IMG/VR virus record: IMGVR_UViG_3300042351_000704
Span: 32,001-96,000 of that record
Source of the DNA: a virus
Length of the DNA: 64,000 bases
Strand: one strand, 5' to 3'
A model generated the notes under the pieces. The model searched no databases. It was given only the letters and a program-made list of their open reading frames with translations, and was not told the DNA's origin. The position numbers and the translations under genes were made by a program. Shown here one piece after another: positions 26,546 through 40,400 of the stretch; the first letter of the stretch is position 1; each line of letters begins with the position of its first letter.

Positions 26546-29500
26546 ATGACAGAGCAAGCATTAAATACCGTTGACACTGAGTCAATCAATACTGGTTTTG
26601 ATCTGGAGGGTATTAATGACCCGATGGATGCACTGGGCAACTTTGACCTGGAACAAATGGAACAGGCAGACGGAGGTGGTCCTGGAGATCCTGTAAAGAA
26701 AAAGCCTGTGACTATGGCTGATCTGAAAAAGGATTACCAGATCGATATGCAGCAATCTAAAATGTTAGCAGAGATTGGTATTCCTAAGATGGCTGATGAA
26801 AGCCGTAATAAGTTTCAGGCTGCCAGAGTAGTTGAGTTTGATGCCAAGAAACTAAACGTAGACCGTTACCTCGGTTATGGTAAAGAAACTTTTAATAAGG
26901 TGGGATTCTCTCCCTTTATAGATAACGAAGCAAAGTTTAATCAGAACACTACGATCTGGCAGGACTTCGGTCGTATGAGTAGTGTGTTTGGAGCACTGGC
27001 CTATGAAGGTGGTGTATCAGGCTACCGATCTATTGGTGGCATGTTAAGTGGAGATAGTTTTTTTACTCCTGATGATGAGACAGCAGAAAACTTTGCGCGT
27101 TTGCAAAGTATTGGTATGTCTACCAAAGGAGGTATTAGCGCATTTGCCAACAACTTTGCGTTGAACTCTGCTTATACAGTGGGGATTGGTATGAGCATTA
27201 TAGCAGAAGAAGCTGCTCTTTTTGGTGCTACTGTATTGACAGAAGGTGCTATGGGTGGTCTTGCTGCCATGAGAACATCAGCCAACGCAGCGCGTATGGG
27301 TAGAGCTTTGAAGCAAGCATTCAATACCAACGCTGTACAAAATATAGCCACTGGAGGAATGCAACTGGCTAAATCACTATCTAAAGTGGGTGATGCAAAA
27401 AATTTCTACACTGCTGTAAAAACAGGAGCTACTACATTTGGTAAAGGAACTCTTCAATTTATCAATCCACTCACCCGTACAGTAGATGATCTCACTGACA
27501 TTGCCAGAGGTAGTGCCAGTGTACGTAACATGAGCAACCTGGCAAAAGCCAAACAAACCTTTGGTTCTTTTTATCGTGATGTACGTGATACCAACCTGGC
27601 CCTTTCTGAATCAAAACTTGAGGGTGGTAGTGCAAAAATAGATAAGGTGAACGAACTGCTGGCCCGTTATGAAAACGAAAACGGACGTCCTGCAGAAGGT
27701 AAAGATCTGGAAATGATCTACAAGCAGGCAGACGATACCGGACATGGTGTTACGGCTGTTAACTTTCCTATTATATATATGACCAACCGTGTGGTGCTTG
27801 ATGGTCTGTTTAAGTTCCGTGGATTAAAAACCCTGGATGAAGCAGGTACACTGGCTACCAAAGGAATTGGTTTTAAAAAAGGCGTAGGCTTCTACGATGA
27901 CCTGGGTAAAAGCTGGTTAAAGAATGGTGCCAAAAGCCTGCTTAAGCCGAAAGCTTACATCGGAATGGGTGTAGGTTATATCAGAAGAAACCTGATGGAA
28001 GGTGTGCAGGAAAACTTGCAGAACGTTACATCAGATGCAGTGGGTGCTTACTATGATGGTGTATACAAAGATCGTACGTTAGGTGGATTTGAATATGCAG
28101 CCGGTCATGCATGGAACGCACTGGGTAAAGAAGTCACTTCTCTACGCGGACTGGAAACCTTTGCATCCGGATTTTTAATGGGAGGTTTTATGGGTAAAGC
28201 CCAGAATCTTTTCTTAAAAGACGTACCGGGTATATATTACCGTGTTGGACAGCCTACCAAGTATGCAGAATACAAAGCAAACAAAGCAAAGACTAGACAA
28301 GAAGCAATTGCTGGTCTGAATGAACTATACAACAACCCGATGAAATATTTTAACTCCCGTAACGAAAGTGCGGTAGTACAAAAGCATACATCGGATGTAA
28401 TGAACCAGGCAGAAGTTGAGGGTGACGCCAAGACATTCCAGGATGCTAAAGACTTAAAGATGTTTGATCACATCTTTACTGCCCTGGATAACGGCACCTA
28501 TGATAATTTACTAGGTGCTTACAAGGAACTATCTAAGATGGATTCCAAAGACCTGGCTAATTTCCTGGGTATACCTGAAAGTGAAAAGTCGTCTGAGAAA
28601 CTGCAGGAGATTCTGGGTCGTGCCGAGCAGATTAAAGAACGCTACGAAACTATCAGCTCTCAGTTTAAAAACCCATTCACACCTACCAAACTTAAAAGAG
28701 GCACTCCTGAATTCACCAGGGAAGCTATTGCATTCAGAGCTTTTGAAAGTGCCAAGAAAACAGCAATTGCTTCACAGTACAACTTTGACAGAGCGCTGGA
28801 GAGAATGAATGGCCTGTATGATAACCTGGCTTCTGATCGTCCTATTGCCAAATCATCTGCTTCTGATATCACTACCCTGACAAACATGGGTATTTTAGAT
28901 GATGAGATCAGTTTGCTGGATAAAGAGATTAAGTCTTATGATGGCAGCTCTGATAAAAAACAACAGGAGCTGGTTGATCAAAAGAAAGAAAAGCTGGACA
29001 GGCTGATGGACTACAGAGACAAACTCCGTACGCACCTGGAAAATGCTAGCCAGGCAGAAACAGAAGAGGATGGTCAGATCAAGATTAACTTTGCACAAGA
29101 CACAGTGGATCCGTTAAAGGAAAGTTACAAAGCTTACCTGCGTCATATTGCAAAGGTGAATGAAGACTACATGTTTAACGACAAGGTAGATGATTCATTT
29201 GCTAAACTACTAGACTACTATGGTCTGAATCAGGATGCAGCCAATTACAGCAAGGTGGTAAATACACTGCTGGATCCAACCAATCTATATAAACATGCAG
29301 AACAGTTGAACGCAAGATTTACTGATCTGTTTACCAACAAAGAAGCAGACATCAACGATCGCGTAGAATCTGCACAGCGTATGATGGAAATGTCTGAGTT
29401 GGTAAAAGCTTTAGCTGCTCAGGGTGTCATGCTTGAACCTGCAGAACTCGAAGAGTTTGTAAAATCAGGTAAGAGACCTACTACATTTATTGATGCAGCT

Positions 29501-31438
29501 ACACTAAAAGACCTGGAGCCTGGCAGCCAAAAGTTTATTGCAGCACAGGCTATCATGAATATTGATCAGGAGATTACTACTCCAGATGTTACACCTGCTA
29601 CGGAAACTGCCCCTGCTAGTACAGCAGCTGCACCAACCGCTGCTCCTGTGGAAGCTTCTGCATCCAATATAGATGTAGGCATAGAGCCTGAGTTACAGAT
29701 CAAGCTGGAGGATGCGTTTAACCAGTTCGTAGAAGAGACCGGTTCAGAGATGACTTTTGAGGACTTTGTAAAAGTATCACCAAGAGCAGCGCGTATCAAA
29801 ACAGCATTCAATAAAGGTAAAGCCCCGGCTACCAAAACTACTACTGCTCCTGTTACAGAAACAACGCCTGCAGCTGCAGAGCCTGTAGCCGCTGATACAG
29901 AGGCTGATACACAGTTTGGAGAGAATATGTTAAGTGATTTAAAAAAGCTTAACGATGATTTACAGCAAGGTGATACACAAGAAGAACAACCTGCTTCTAC
30001 ACCAGAAGCTCCTGTAAACTTAAATGCAGAGTTGGTAAAGACGTTAACAGAAGAAAGAGATCAAAAGCTTTCAGATCTAATGCCTCTCTACGCTACAGCT
30101 AGAAAGACTATGATGCAACTAGGGGATGAGGCTTTAGATCCAGAAGACCGTAATATTTTAGCAGATCCTGTTAAGTATTTAGAAGGTCGCATTGCACAAG
30201 GGGAATATAGCTTACAGCTAGATATAGATAAGTTAAAAGCACTTGATACTAATAATCCTGATAATGCTAAGGAAGCTGAAAACTTACAACGTGATATTGA
30301 TACAGAAAAAATTGTTTTAGAAAAGACAAACATTAAACTTGAAAAGATAAAAGCTGTAGTAGCTGAGTATAATGATAAGATGAGTAGAATAGGAGAAACT
30401 TCTGTTGCTACTACACCTACTCAAACAACTTCTGTAGAAATATCTTCTAACGCCAAAGGTTTAGCTGCTGCTCTTACTAACCCAACCGAGCTGGCTAAAA
30501 AGAAAGGAAACTTAACAGCGTCTTATCCTGTAACTGTACGTGGAAAAGAATATGCTGATGCAGAGGCTGCTTACCAGGCGCTGAAAGGAACTGCTACCAA
30601 AGATGATGGTCCGAACAGCACCTACAATCTGATGGTGGAAATCTTGAAAGCTAAGCTAGAGCAACACCCTAGGCTTGTATCAGAAATAGATAAAGCTGGT
30701 GGTGAAAGCTGGTTGTCAAAAGCTACGCACCAACCTACTAATAAAAACACGGTTTGGGAAACAGGCGGTAAGAACTGGTTTATAAAAGCTCTTACAGAGG
30801 CGTATACTAGCACTAAAGAAACTCAGACTGTAGAAACAGCACCAACTGCTGCACAAAAAACTGGTGTCCAAACGGCCCAGGATCTAATAGATTCCGTATC
30901 TTCTATTAGGGACCTTCCTGACCTTAACAGAGCAGACAGCGGACCGGTTACTATTGACCTGATAGAGCTAGTTTCTACCGGCCAAGTGAAGAGCAAGGAC
31001 ATCGTACCAATGCTTGTAAAAAAGCGTGCTGAACTTCTTAAGAACATTTCCCCAAGCGATCTACAAAAAGGTGATATTGTTACATTTGTAGACGGTAGAA
31101 AAGGCTTTGTAAAATCTGTTAGCCCTACAGAAGTCAGCGTAAAAATAGCAGGCTCCCCTTCAGGTGTTGCGGAGGTAATTTCCAGCCAAGCACTATCTTC
31201 TTCTATAGCAAATGTTGAACCCGGCAAAGCAATCTCAATGGAACCAACACCAGACATTGAAGTGACTCCTCAAGACAATACCGAGGTGAAAGCTTCTCAA
31301 GATACAAAGAGTGCCTTTACAGAAAACTCTGCTGCTGTAAAAGAAGCAGGAGACAAAGCTGCTAAGGCCGCAGGTACAGATAACCTGCAGAATCTAAATA
31401 ACCTCATTCAGAACATAGGATGTAAAACAGGTAACTAA
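26546..31438 (+). CDS. Large ejection protein (1630 aa) with Gly/Ala hydrophobic segments and an inserted NADAR-like domain
   Basis: Immediately upstream of the vRNAP. NADAR-like segment at about 30434-30805. Single Cys at residue 1626. Confidence 0.8.
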   Translation: MTEQALNTVDTESINTGFDLEGINDPMDALGNFDLEQMEQADGGGPGDPVKKKPVTMADLKKDYQIDMQQSKMLAEIGIPKMADESRNKFQAARVVEFDAKKLNVDRYLGYGKETFNKVGFSPFIDNEAKFNQNTTIWQDFGRMSSVFGALAYEGGVSGYRSIGGMLSGDSFFTPDDETAENFARLQSIGMSTKGGISAFANNFALNSAYTVGIGMSIIAEEAALFGATVLTEGAMGGLAAMRTSANAARMGRALKQAFNTNAVQNIATGGMQLAKSLSKVGDAKNFYTAVKTGATTFGKGTLQFINPLTRTVDDLTDIARGSASVRNMSNLAKAKQTFGSFYRDVRDTNLALSESKLEGGSAKIDKVNELLARYENENGRPAEGKDLEMIYKQADDTGHGVTAVNFPIIYMTNRVVLDGLFKFRGLKTLDEAGTLATKGIGFKKGVGFYDDLGKSWLKNGAKSLLKPKAYIGMGVGYIRRNLMEGVQENLQNVTSDAVGAYYDGVYKDRTLGGFEYAAGHAWNALGKEVTSLRGLETFASGFLMGGFMGKAQNLFLKDVPGIYYRVGQPTKYAEYKANKAKTRQEAIAGLNELYNNPMKYFNSRNESAVVQKHTSDVMNQAEVEGDAKTFQDAKDLKMFDHIFTALDNGTYDNLLGAYKELSKMDSKDLANFLGIPESEKSSEKLQEILGRAEQIKERYETISSQFKNPFTPTKLKRGTPEFTREAIAFRAFESAKKTAIASQYNFDRALERMNGLYDNLASDRPIAKSSASDITTLTNMGILDDEISLLDKEIKSYDGSSDKKQQELVDQKKEKLDRLMDYRDKLRTHLENASQAETEEDGQIKINFAQDTVDPLKESYKAYLRHIAKVNEDYMFNDKVDDSFAKLLDYYGLNQDAANYSKVVNTLLDPTNLYKHAEQLNARFTDLFTNKEADINDRVESAQRMMEMSELVKALAAQGVMLEPAELEEFVKSGKRPTTFIDAATLKDLEPGSQKFIAAQAIMNIDQEITTPDVTPATETAPASTAAAPTAAPVEASASNIDVGIEPELQIKLEDAFNQFVEETGSEMTFEDFVKVSPRAARIKTAFNKGKAPATKTTTAPVTETTPAAAEPVAADTEADTQFGENMLSDLKKLNDDLQQGDTQEEQPASTPEAPVNLNAELVKTLTEERDQKLSDLMPLYATARKTMMQLGDEALDPEDRNILADPVKYLEGRIAQGEYSLQLDIDKLKALDTNNPDNAKEAENLQRDIDTEKIVLEKTNIKLEKIKAVVAEYNDKMSRIGETSVATTPTQTTSVEISSNAKGLAAALTNPTELAKKKGNLTASYPVTVRGKEYADAEAAYQALKGTATKDDGPNSTYNLMVEILKAKLEQHPRLVSEIDKAGGESWLSKATHQPTNKNTVWETGGKNWFIKALTEAYTSTKETQTVETAPTAAQKTGVQTAQDLIDSVSSIRDLPDLNRADSGPVTIDLIELVSTGQVKSKDIVPMLVKKRAELLKNISPSDLQKGDIVTFVDGRKGFVKSVSPTEVSVKIAGSPSGVAEVISSQALSSSIANVEPGKAISMEPTPDIEVTPQDNTEVKASQDTKSAFTENSAAVKEAGDKAAKAAGTDNLQNLNNLIQNIGCKTGN

Positions 31439-31440
31439 AC

Positions 31441-34400
31441 ATGGCTTGTAGATTATCAGAAGATCAAATATCCGCATTATTCGGAGCTGTTCACGGTGAC
31501 GTGATTGCTTCTAAGAACCGTGACGATAAGTTTAATGCATTACAAGCTATCAGAGACTTGTACAAAAAGTTAGTGGACGCTGGTGCCGAACCAGTAAATG
31601 CCCTAGATTATATCCAGCATATGCCTAGTATGCTATTGCTTAGCTATGCAATGTTTGAAGACAGCAAAGCGCACATGCGTAAAAGCCAGGTGAACCTTTC
31701 TGAGCTGGATCAAATGGATGCAGACTTTACAGCCGATATACAAAACGTTGCCAAGTTCATCATGCCCGCTCAAGCCGGAGCTGAACTGGTAAAAGAGATC
31801 ATAGAAGAAACTAATCCGTCTACCGGTGTACAACCTACCGAGGTGTATACACAAGTAGAAGACCTGGACATACAAAAGAAAAAAGAGTTCTATCAATCAG
31901 AAACTTCTTTTGTGGCAGCTCCTGAAACAGCGCTGGCTGTATTTAACCAGGAAGCTAAAAACTATGATGGTGCTACCGCTGAACAAAACATCCCGGACCC
32001 TGATCCTATCAAGCGTGCTTACTATGCTGTGGTAAGAAAGCTGAACAACCTGATGAGCCAGTACAATCGCGAAACAGCGGACAACCTGACCCTGGGTAAT
32101 GTAACCGGTATTTATTACAGACTGGTACCTGCCAGCAAGGTTGAATTTGAAGACCTGCAGCAATCAGATAAAGATTACTACTCTAAAGACGATAACCCGA
32201 ACGCTCCGTTTGCAAAGACTTCCCAGCAAAAGATGGAAGCCCGCACTACAGGAGATGAAACCTATCTGGTATTCACCGACAAGGAAGGTAACATCCTTCG
32301 CTTCAATGAAGAAGGTGTACCGGTAGATAAGGCAAGTGGTGGTATGGTGGCATACGGTAAACTCCGTAGACCTTACACACCAGCCAGAACCAACGAGGCT
32401 AAAGGCCAGGTGGCCGGTCAACGTATGGTGGGTCGTGTACAAACTGTCAATGACCTTGTTCGTAAAGGACTGGGTACAATGGAAGAGCTTACCAAAGAGC
32501 GTGAGCAGGAAATGGACATCTTACAAAAGTCCAGAGAGTATGTGGTAAACAATCCGGATGAAGTGTTACTGTTCTCTGTTATACCAGGTAAGAACGGTTA
32601 CATAAAAGAAGACTTTTCTGCACCTAATCCTATCAGCTCTATCGAGCTCACTGATGGCTTCAAACCGTTTGTTTCTAACCAGGATGCTGGTACACTGATT
32701 AAAGGTGGCGTATACTTCACTGTTCCTGGCTACGAGTTTCCATTACTGATCCGCAGACCAAAGTTTCAAAACATTCCGAACCTGGTAGATAACCTGGCGG
32801 ATATGCTTTTTGGTTCAGAGGCTTCTAATAATGACAAGATCAAAACCGTTAAGCAGTTTACTTTTTCTAATGATACCAACGTGTATGAAGTAGAAGGCAA
32901 GCTGATGTTCAAACAAAACGGTAAAGAGCTGGAGGTAACACCAGAAAACAAAGAGGCGTTTATCAATACGCTGAATGGTCAAACCATTAACATCAATAAA
33001 GACCTGGTTGGTACAACGATTAACATGCCTGTCAACATGGACGGCAAGGTGACTTTGCAACCAGAGCGTTACAATAACTTTTTATCAGATAACTTCTTTA
33101 CGTTCCTGGCTAAAAACGATGATGGTAAGATTGTTAGCCTGAATGCATATAATGTAATTGCTCCAACCGAGCAAACACAAACCAAGTTATTTGGTGAGGT
33201 GGCAACACCTGAAACCACTGCAAAAGAGTCTGCTTTAGAACAAGCTACTCCTTCTGATAACAGCATTGCTGATTTTAAGAGTTTACTGGAAAGCACAGAC
33301 TTCAGTTTAAAGAAGTCTATGATGCTGGATAGCACCGCTACTCAGGAGCAGATTGATGCTGCAGAGAAATGGTACAACAGTTCTCCTTACAGTAAGGTGG
33401 TGCCGTTTAGCGTTATGTTCAATGTAGTGAACTCAAATGCACTGGCTGAATTCACAGTATCGGGCATTACACTTTACTCCGGATCTAACTTTACAGATCT
33501 TTACCACGAAGCATGGCACGCGTTTTCTCAGATGTTCTTAACCAAGGACCAGAAGAAAGCGTTGTACAACGAAGCACGTAAACTTACCGGCAGCTTCAAA
33601 ACAGTAAGCGGGCAAACAGTTAAATATAGTGCTGCTTCTGACATGCAACTTGAAGAGTTTATGGCAGAAGATGTACGTAAGTATATTCTGTCTGATCGTC
33701 AGAACGTAATCAACGGACGCCCGGTACGTAATACATTATTCAGAAAGATCTTTACTTTTTTAAAGCAACTATTCAGCGGGTATAGTTTAAAAGACATTGC
33801 TGCTGACCGTACGGCTGTAAAAGGCATACAGGAGCTTTATGATAAGTTTTATGTAGGTAATGTCAATGACTATACTCCTTCTATCAGGAACGTACAATTT
33901 GGTATTCTTAACAAAGGGGTAGAAGCGTTAGACACTGCTACAGACCAATCACTGAACTACCAGGATTCTATGACCATGGTAGAAACCATTGACTCATTGA
34001 TGGCATCGATTATCTCTGATGCAGGCAAGAGTGTGGGTTCTATATTTACCCGCCCTGAACTGATGGGTCCTTTATACAAGACCATAAAGAGTAAGTTACA
34101 GGATATAAAAAACAATACACCTGCTGAACAAGCCAATGTAAATCGTATCCTGGACTTTGCTTTAGCTAACTGGGGAGATTTCTCTAAGGTGGCTAATGGC
34201 GAAGAAGCTACTGGTATGATTGCTTTCCATAAGAAGAGAAGCTCTTACTTCACGTTTGAAGACAGGATGGCTGAGATGGATGGCTTTGACCAGAAAGAAA
34301 ATGAGCAGGCTGCAGACCAAAAAGATGCAGACAACCCACTGGCTAAAACCGAGCAGGAGCTTCGTGAAGATTATGGAGCCAATGTATTTGAACGTAAGGG

Positions 34401-37400
34401 TAATGAACTCTCTGTACGTGAACTGGCTTCTAATGAAATAGTATACTTAATCAAGAGTCTGCCTCAGCTGGACAAGCAAGGTAAGCCGGTGCTGAATGCA
34501 CTGGGTGTACCAAAGCTAGTAGACTTCAACAGGACCTGGGGTATTGTGATCAACACCGTAGCCGGTTCTAATACCACTAACCAGATGTATGGTAAGTTAC
34601 TGGACGCAGCAACGCGTTTCCCGGAACTAAAAACATTGGTGGCACGCTTAGGTAATCCAATGGATTATAAAGAGACCAAGCACTGGCCTTATATGAAAAT
34701 GTGGATTAACTTCTTCAGAGACTTCTCTGTATACCGTGTACCGGTGAAAGAGGGACGTTTAATCAACAGCGATGGTAAGTTCCGTTTTGAGTTCAGTGAA
34801 GTGAACCCGCAGTTCCGCCAGGTAGAAAAAACCTTTGGCGCACAGTTTCAGTCACAGACTAACAATCCATATGTAACCAAGTCTGCAGCAGGTAATCAAC
34901 TGAACACTGTAAAGGTGATGCAGGATTTCCCGTACAGTCAGATCTTTGGTAAAGACTATACAATCATCAACCAGGATAAAGCCATGGACTTTTTAAAAGC
35001 CATTGGTCTATACATGACAGATAACGGAGCGATCAGAGAGCAGATTGAAAAGAACTACAGTGCTGTAAGCTATTTACACAAAGCTGTAAAAGACATGGCA
35101 GCAAAAAAGACCATGCCGTCTAATCCGGTGGAAGCTTTACGTAAAGTGGAAGCTACCAGCATCAGACGTTTGCTTACAATAGAAGCTGCCGACAGTGGTA
35201 AGTATTCTAACAATGCGGTGTTGAACGTAAACGGTGATGTAATCTTTGATCTGAGCTTAAATAACTCTATCACTAAACTGCTGAATGATCTGAACGATGC
35301 TTCTAAAGATTATTCTATGATGCAGTTACCACACCTGCAGCACCTGGACTACCGCAGAAACCCGTTTGCTAAATACTCTATCTGGTTAAACTCCATGTTC
35401 AGTATTCCGAGCGGCAAGATGGTAGATCAGAAAAATATCAACCAGCGTATCAAGACAGATACTAACTATGCCAGCGGCATGGTAACGCTTGACATTGTAA
35501 ACCTGGATGGTATTAAAAGTGTACAGGAAAGAATTGCAGGTGGTCAGTCTGTAGAAGCTGGTATTAAAACTACCAACCTGGATCCGGTATCTAAGTTTAT
35601 ACTGGACCTGCACACCATGTTATCTCAAGGTGTGATGGAACTTCCAAGACATGCTTCTAAGTCTACAGCTTATGGAGTGTCTGTTTCCAAGATTAACAGT
35701 CCGTTTAACACAGACAAGACTCGTCATTTATATATCAGTCCTGGTCATTTTGCAGACAAGACCCGTGGTTTAACGTATACAGTAGACCTGATGTTACCAA
35801 AGATCGCTGCTGAAATGGAGCGTATCGCTATGGTAAACCAGGGCGTGGGTGCCAACATTCCAGGCTTTAATCAGCGTGGTAAAGAGTTCATGATGTTTGA
35901 TGACATCTTAAGTGATGCTACCAAGACTGAACTGAAAGGTATGGTAAGTGCAGATGATTCACTTTCTCCAATCAGTACACCTGAGATCAAGCAAAAGATT
36001 ACTGCAGATATCCAAAGCTATTTAAACAAACTGGTTACTGAAAACACCAATCTGTTTAATGAGATGCCTTTCATCTCTGACGAACTGTTACATAGCTCAA
36101 GAGATGGCAAGAGTGATATTGCTTCTTACATCCGTAAAGATCTGGGAATAGCGGTGGGTGATGATCAGCAGGCAATGCTTCGTGATGTAGCTATCAAAGC
36201 TTTCACTGTAAACGCCTTGATACATAACATGGAAACCATCTCTGTACTATACGGAGACCTAGCCATGTATAACCATGATAAAGAAGAGTTCCACAAGCGT
36301 AATGCTGCGATCGGTTCTACCGGTAGAATCTTTGCCAGCGATGAAGCGGTAAACCAGTTTATTGATAACTTGGGTGGCGCGTATGCCCGTAAGATTGGAG
36401 CTAACCAAAGAAGCTTTGATGGTGTGCTTAGAAGCGTGGTGTTCAAAGACAACAACGTTTCTTCCGTATACTACAATGAATACCTGGAAGCACTCACCGG
36501 TAAATATGGTGCAGAGAAAGCAGCCAGCATTCTAAAGCCATACAAGAAGATGACTGAAGGAGATGCACAAGGGTGGATCACCTTTGACTCTTACAGAAAA
36601 CTTTCTTTGTTAGAGGGAGCCTGGTCAGAAAAGCAAAACGAACTTTACAATAAAGTGGTAGCCGGAGAACAGATCGATCCTTCAGAGATCAGTGAGTTTT
36701 TTCCTACCAAGAAGTTTCAGTATGCAGGACCTGTAAAAACAGATAAGCTGCATGTACAGGCGTTTCATAAGTTCTCTTTAGTGCCACTTGTACCAAGCCT
36801 GGTGAAAGGAACCAACATGGAAACCCTTCATGATAACCTGACCAAGCAAGGAGTAGACTACGCCCTGTTTGAATCAGGATCTAAGATGGCCACCCTGACC
36901 GCTAACGGTACACCGGATTCTTTATACGAGAACGATGACTATACAAACAGAAACATCAAACCTTGGAATGAGGGAGATGCTACCTATACACCGAATGATG
37001 TGTTCATTCAGTATTTAAAAGATCAGGTGGATATTCAATCTACTTGGAAGAACAAGACTATCTTTTCTACCCAGCTTCGTAAGCTTATTATCAATGACAC
37101 ATTCAAGCAAGGAATGGCATTGGCAGGTTTTGAAGGCTTGGTAAAAGATTTTGAGGGCTTATTGGACACCCTGCAGGAGAATAAGAAAAAAGAACTTTTG
37201 AAGGAAGTAGGCTGGACAGAAAATGCTTCTGGTGAATTAAGTGGAAGTGTAAAGAACCTAATGGAGTTTGTGATACGTGAAATGGAGCGTCTGGAATTAC
37301 CAGAGCATGACATTGACTACGTACGTGAAGGTGTTCAGAACGGTACGTTTACTGACCTGAGCTTTTCACTAAATGCAGAGATGATCGAGAAGATGCTTAA

Positions 37401-40400
37401 CAACATTGTAGTGAAGCGTCTGGTAAAACAAAAGATGAACGGTGAGCAGTTAGTACAAGTATCTGGTGCTGGTTTTGAAAGGCCAGGTTTTGTAAAAGCT
37501 ACCGAAGAAGATGCTGTAAAGTATGGTACAAACGATTTACCTACATACCGTCCAGGTAAAGGCAAAGATGGTAAGACATCTGCCATGAAAGTAAAGATCT
37601 CTATGAAAGGAGATTACTACAAGCTTCTGAACCTCAAGCATAATGACGGTGAAAAGATTGGAACCAGAGAGCGTCTTAATGAAATGATCAAAGACGATCA
37701 GTGGTTGGATAAAAGCGATCACCGTAAGATGATTACGATGGTGGGGGTACGTATTCCGGTACAGGGATTAAACTCTATGGAGTTTATGGAAGTGTATGAA
37801 TTCCTGCCTGAAGAAGCCGGATCTATTATCATACCACCTGCTGAGATTGTTGCCAAGAGTGGATCTGACTTTGATATTGATAAGCTCACTATATTCCAAC
37901 CGAACATCAAGACGGCTAAAGACGGTGTGCCTTCATTCATTAGTGCCAACAACACCAAGGGTACAGAAAACAAGATCATTGAAAAGATCCGTGAGATTCT
38001 GGAGCACCCAGATAACTTTGATGCCCTCATTCGTCCAAACGATACTGACCTGGTAAAAGGTGTGGCAGATGAACTGGCTGGTGAAAACATCCAAGGCTAT
38101 GATCCACTAGCTGTAAAGACCGGTGAGAAACGCAGTGGTAAGGGGAAACAAGTAATTTCCCCGACACGTGTACTGGAGCCAAGATATAATCTATATAAAC
38201 ACGAAAGTAATAACGTAGGTAAAAAGACTTTAGGTATTGGTGCGGTGGATAATGCTTACTCTTCTATATTTAAAAGAGTTGGTGCACGCCTTGAGAAGTC
38301 ATACACTCATTATAAGAGAGAAGATGGACAGATCAACTTTGAAAAAGAACCACAGATCCGTCCTATTAATATTCGCATGGATCATAACACCATGACAGAA
38401 TCAGGTAAAGAGTACATCTCTTTATCAGATATCAATACTGTTACCATGGATAAGGTGAGTGACCTGATTGGTCAGCTCATGAACGGATGGGTGGATATTG
38501 AAAAAGATGCCTGGATCTTTAACATCAACGGTAACAACGTTGCCGGACCGGTGCTGTTATTCTTACTCGAAACTGGTGTAGACTTTAAGACCGCTGCTTA
38601 TTTTGTATCACAGCCTTTAGTGGTTGACTACATTAAAGAAATCTACAAGGTGGAAAGCCCGTTTTATAATGCGGCTAATCCTTCCAGTCCGGTGGATTCA
38701 GAAAAAGGTCTGAGGAAGTTCAACGTAAAGAAAGATTTCTATATCAAATATCAGATGGGTGCCCTGACTAAAAAGGGTAACCTAAACAATGAATTGTTGT
38801 ATGGTGCTATAGAAGACTATAACAAAAACCGTACGTACGATGTAGCATCTTTACAAAAAGTAATCAAGTCTAAAGACAGGGACAGTGATGACGCGATTGC
38901 CGGACTCCTGCACTTTATAGAACTAGAAGAGCTTACTAAGCAGTTGACTAATATCAAGCTTACCGTGAACGTAGATACAGCTCCTTCTAAGAGTCTGTTT
39001 GCTGCTACTGAGCGTTTGGATAAGATTGAAGGACTAGAGTATGTTGATGCCGTACCGAAGAGTACGATCAATAATATCCTGACAGATTCTCCAATTAGTT
39101 CATTCCTGGTACAAAAGTTCCAGCTGGCTATCTTAAAGCCACTGATGAAGCTCAGAGGAGATGTAGAGGTAAATGCATTCTTGTTAAGAAAGATACAGGC
39201 CCGTAACTATACCAGAGCGTTTGCAACTGCAGAGAAGTTTGTAGCTGCTTTCCACAACGACCTTCCGTTATACATGATGCAGAACTACCTGAAAAGTGTA
39301 GATCTTAAAAACTTAAAAGAGTACAAAGGACTTGCTATTGAGCAGGCTGTACCAGTGAAGGGAGTTACACTCAGACAAGGTGCTTTTGTAAGAGACGGAG
39401 TGATGTATGTAGATATGGCTCAGATTGAAGATGATTTTGAAAACAATCATTACACTGGTCCTGTATACAAATCACAAGGACTGGCTACGCTGGACCCGGG
39501 AACATTTAGCATGGGTACCAAATTCCAGAACCTGCAGGAGTATGCACACTTTGTAATAGAGCGTGAGTATCTAAGATCTGTTACTCCGGTGGGTAATGCA
39601 TCCAGGGAAGTGTATGAGCAAAAGATCGCTAATCGTTCTTTAGAGCGTACGTTTAACTTTTATCACATGTTAAAAGCACCGGGTGTAAGTATTGCTGACC
39701 AGTTCCTGGACATCAAAACTAAATACGGTAAAGAGCTGACTGACCAGTACATGATTTTCTCAGAACTTGGATATGTCAACGAAGGTGCTAAAGTAGATGA
39801 AGAAGGTAATGTATCTCAGGGTAACAACAAAAAGCTCAGAACTTTAAAGCTGAACTCTGCCCGCCTGGATACAGATTTGATCAATGTACTGCATGAAAAC
39901 CTGGTGCGTCTGGCAGATCCTATGACCGTAAAGGTGGACAACCCTGCACAAAATGCGGAGATTAGTAAGTTCTTTAACCGCATGATCATAGCAGAATATT
40001 TAAGAGCAGGTATCACCAAGAGTGGAGACAACCTGGCTAAGATCCTGCCAAAAGAAACTTTACTGAAGCTGATGGCAGAGCCGTTACAAGAGCTGTCAAA
40101 CAAGCAAAATAAAACAGAGCTGCTCGATCAGTACTATGATCAGTTCATAAGTCTTTGGGATTCAAAGAATTCTAGCACTCGTTTAAAGTATCGTAACTAC
40201 CTGAAGCGTTCTGATATGGAAGGAACCTCACCGGCAACAGTGCGTACACTGGAAGATGTGGTAGAAGGAGAAGGTCTGAACGTAAATGCACAAGACCTGA
40301 TGGTGTATCCTGCATTACCAGGAGGAGCTAGTGCTACTAAGATGCTGGCTAATAATAACAACATCATGTTTGTATATCCAAACTTCAAGGATACTATGGG

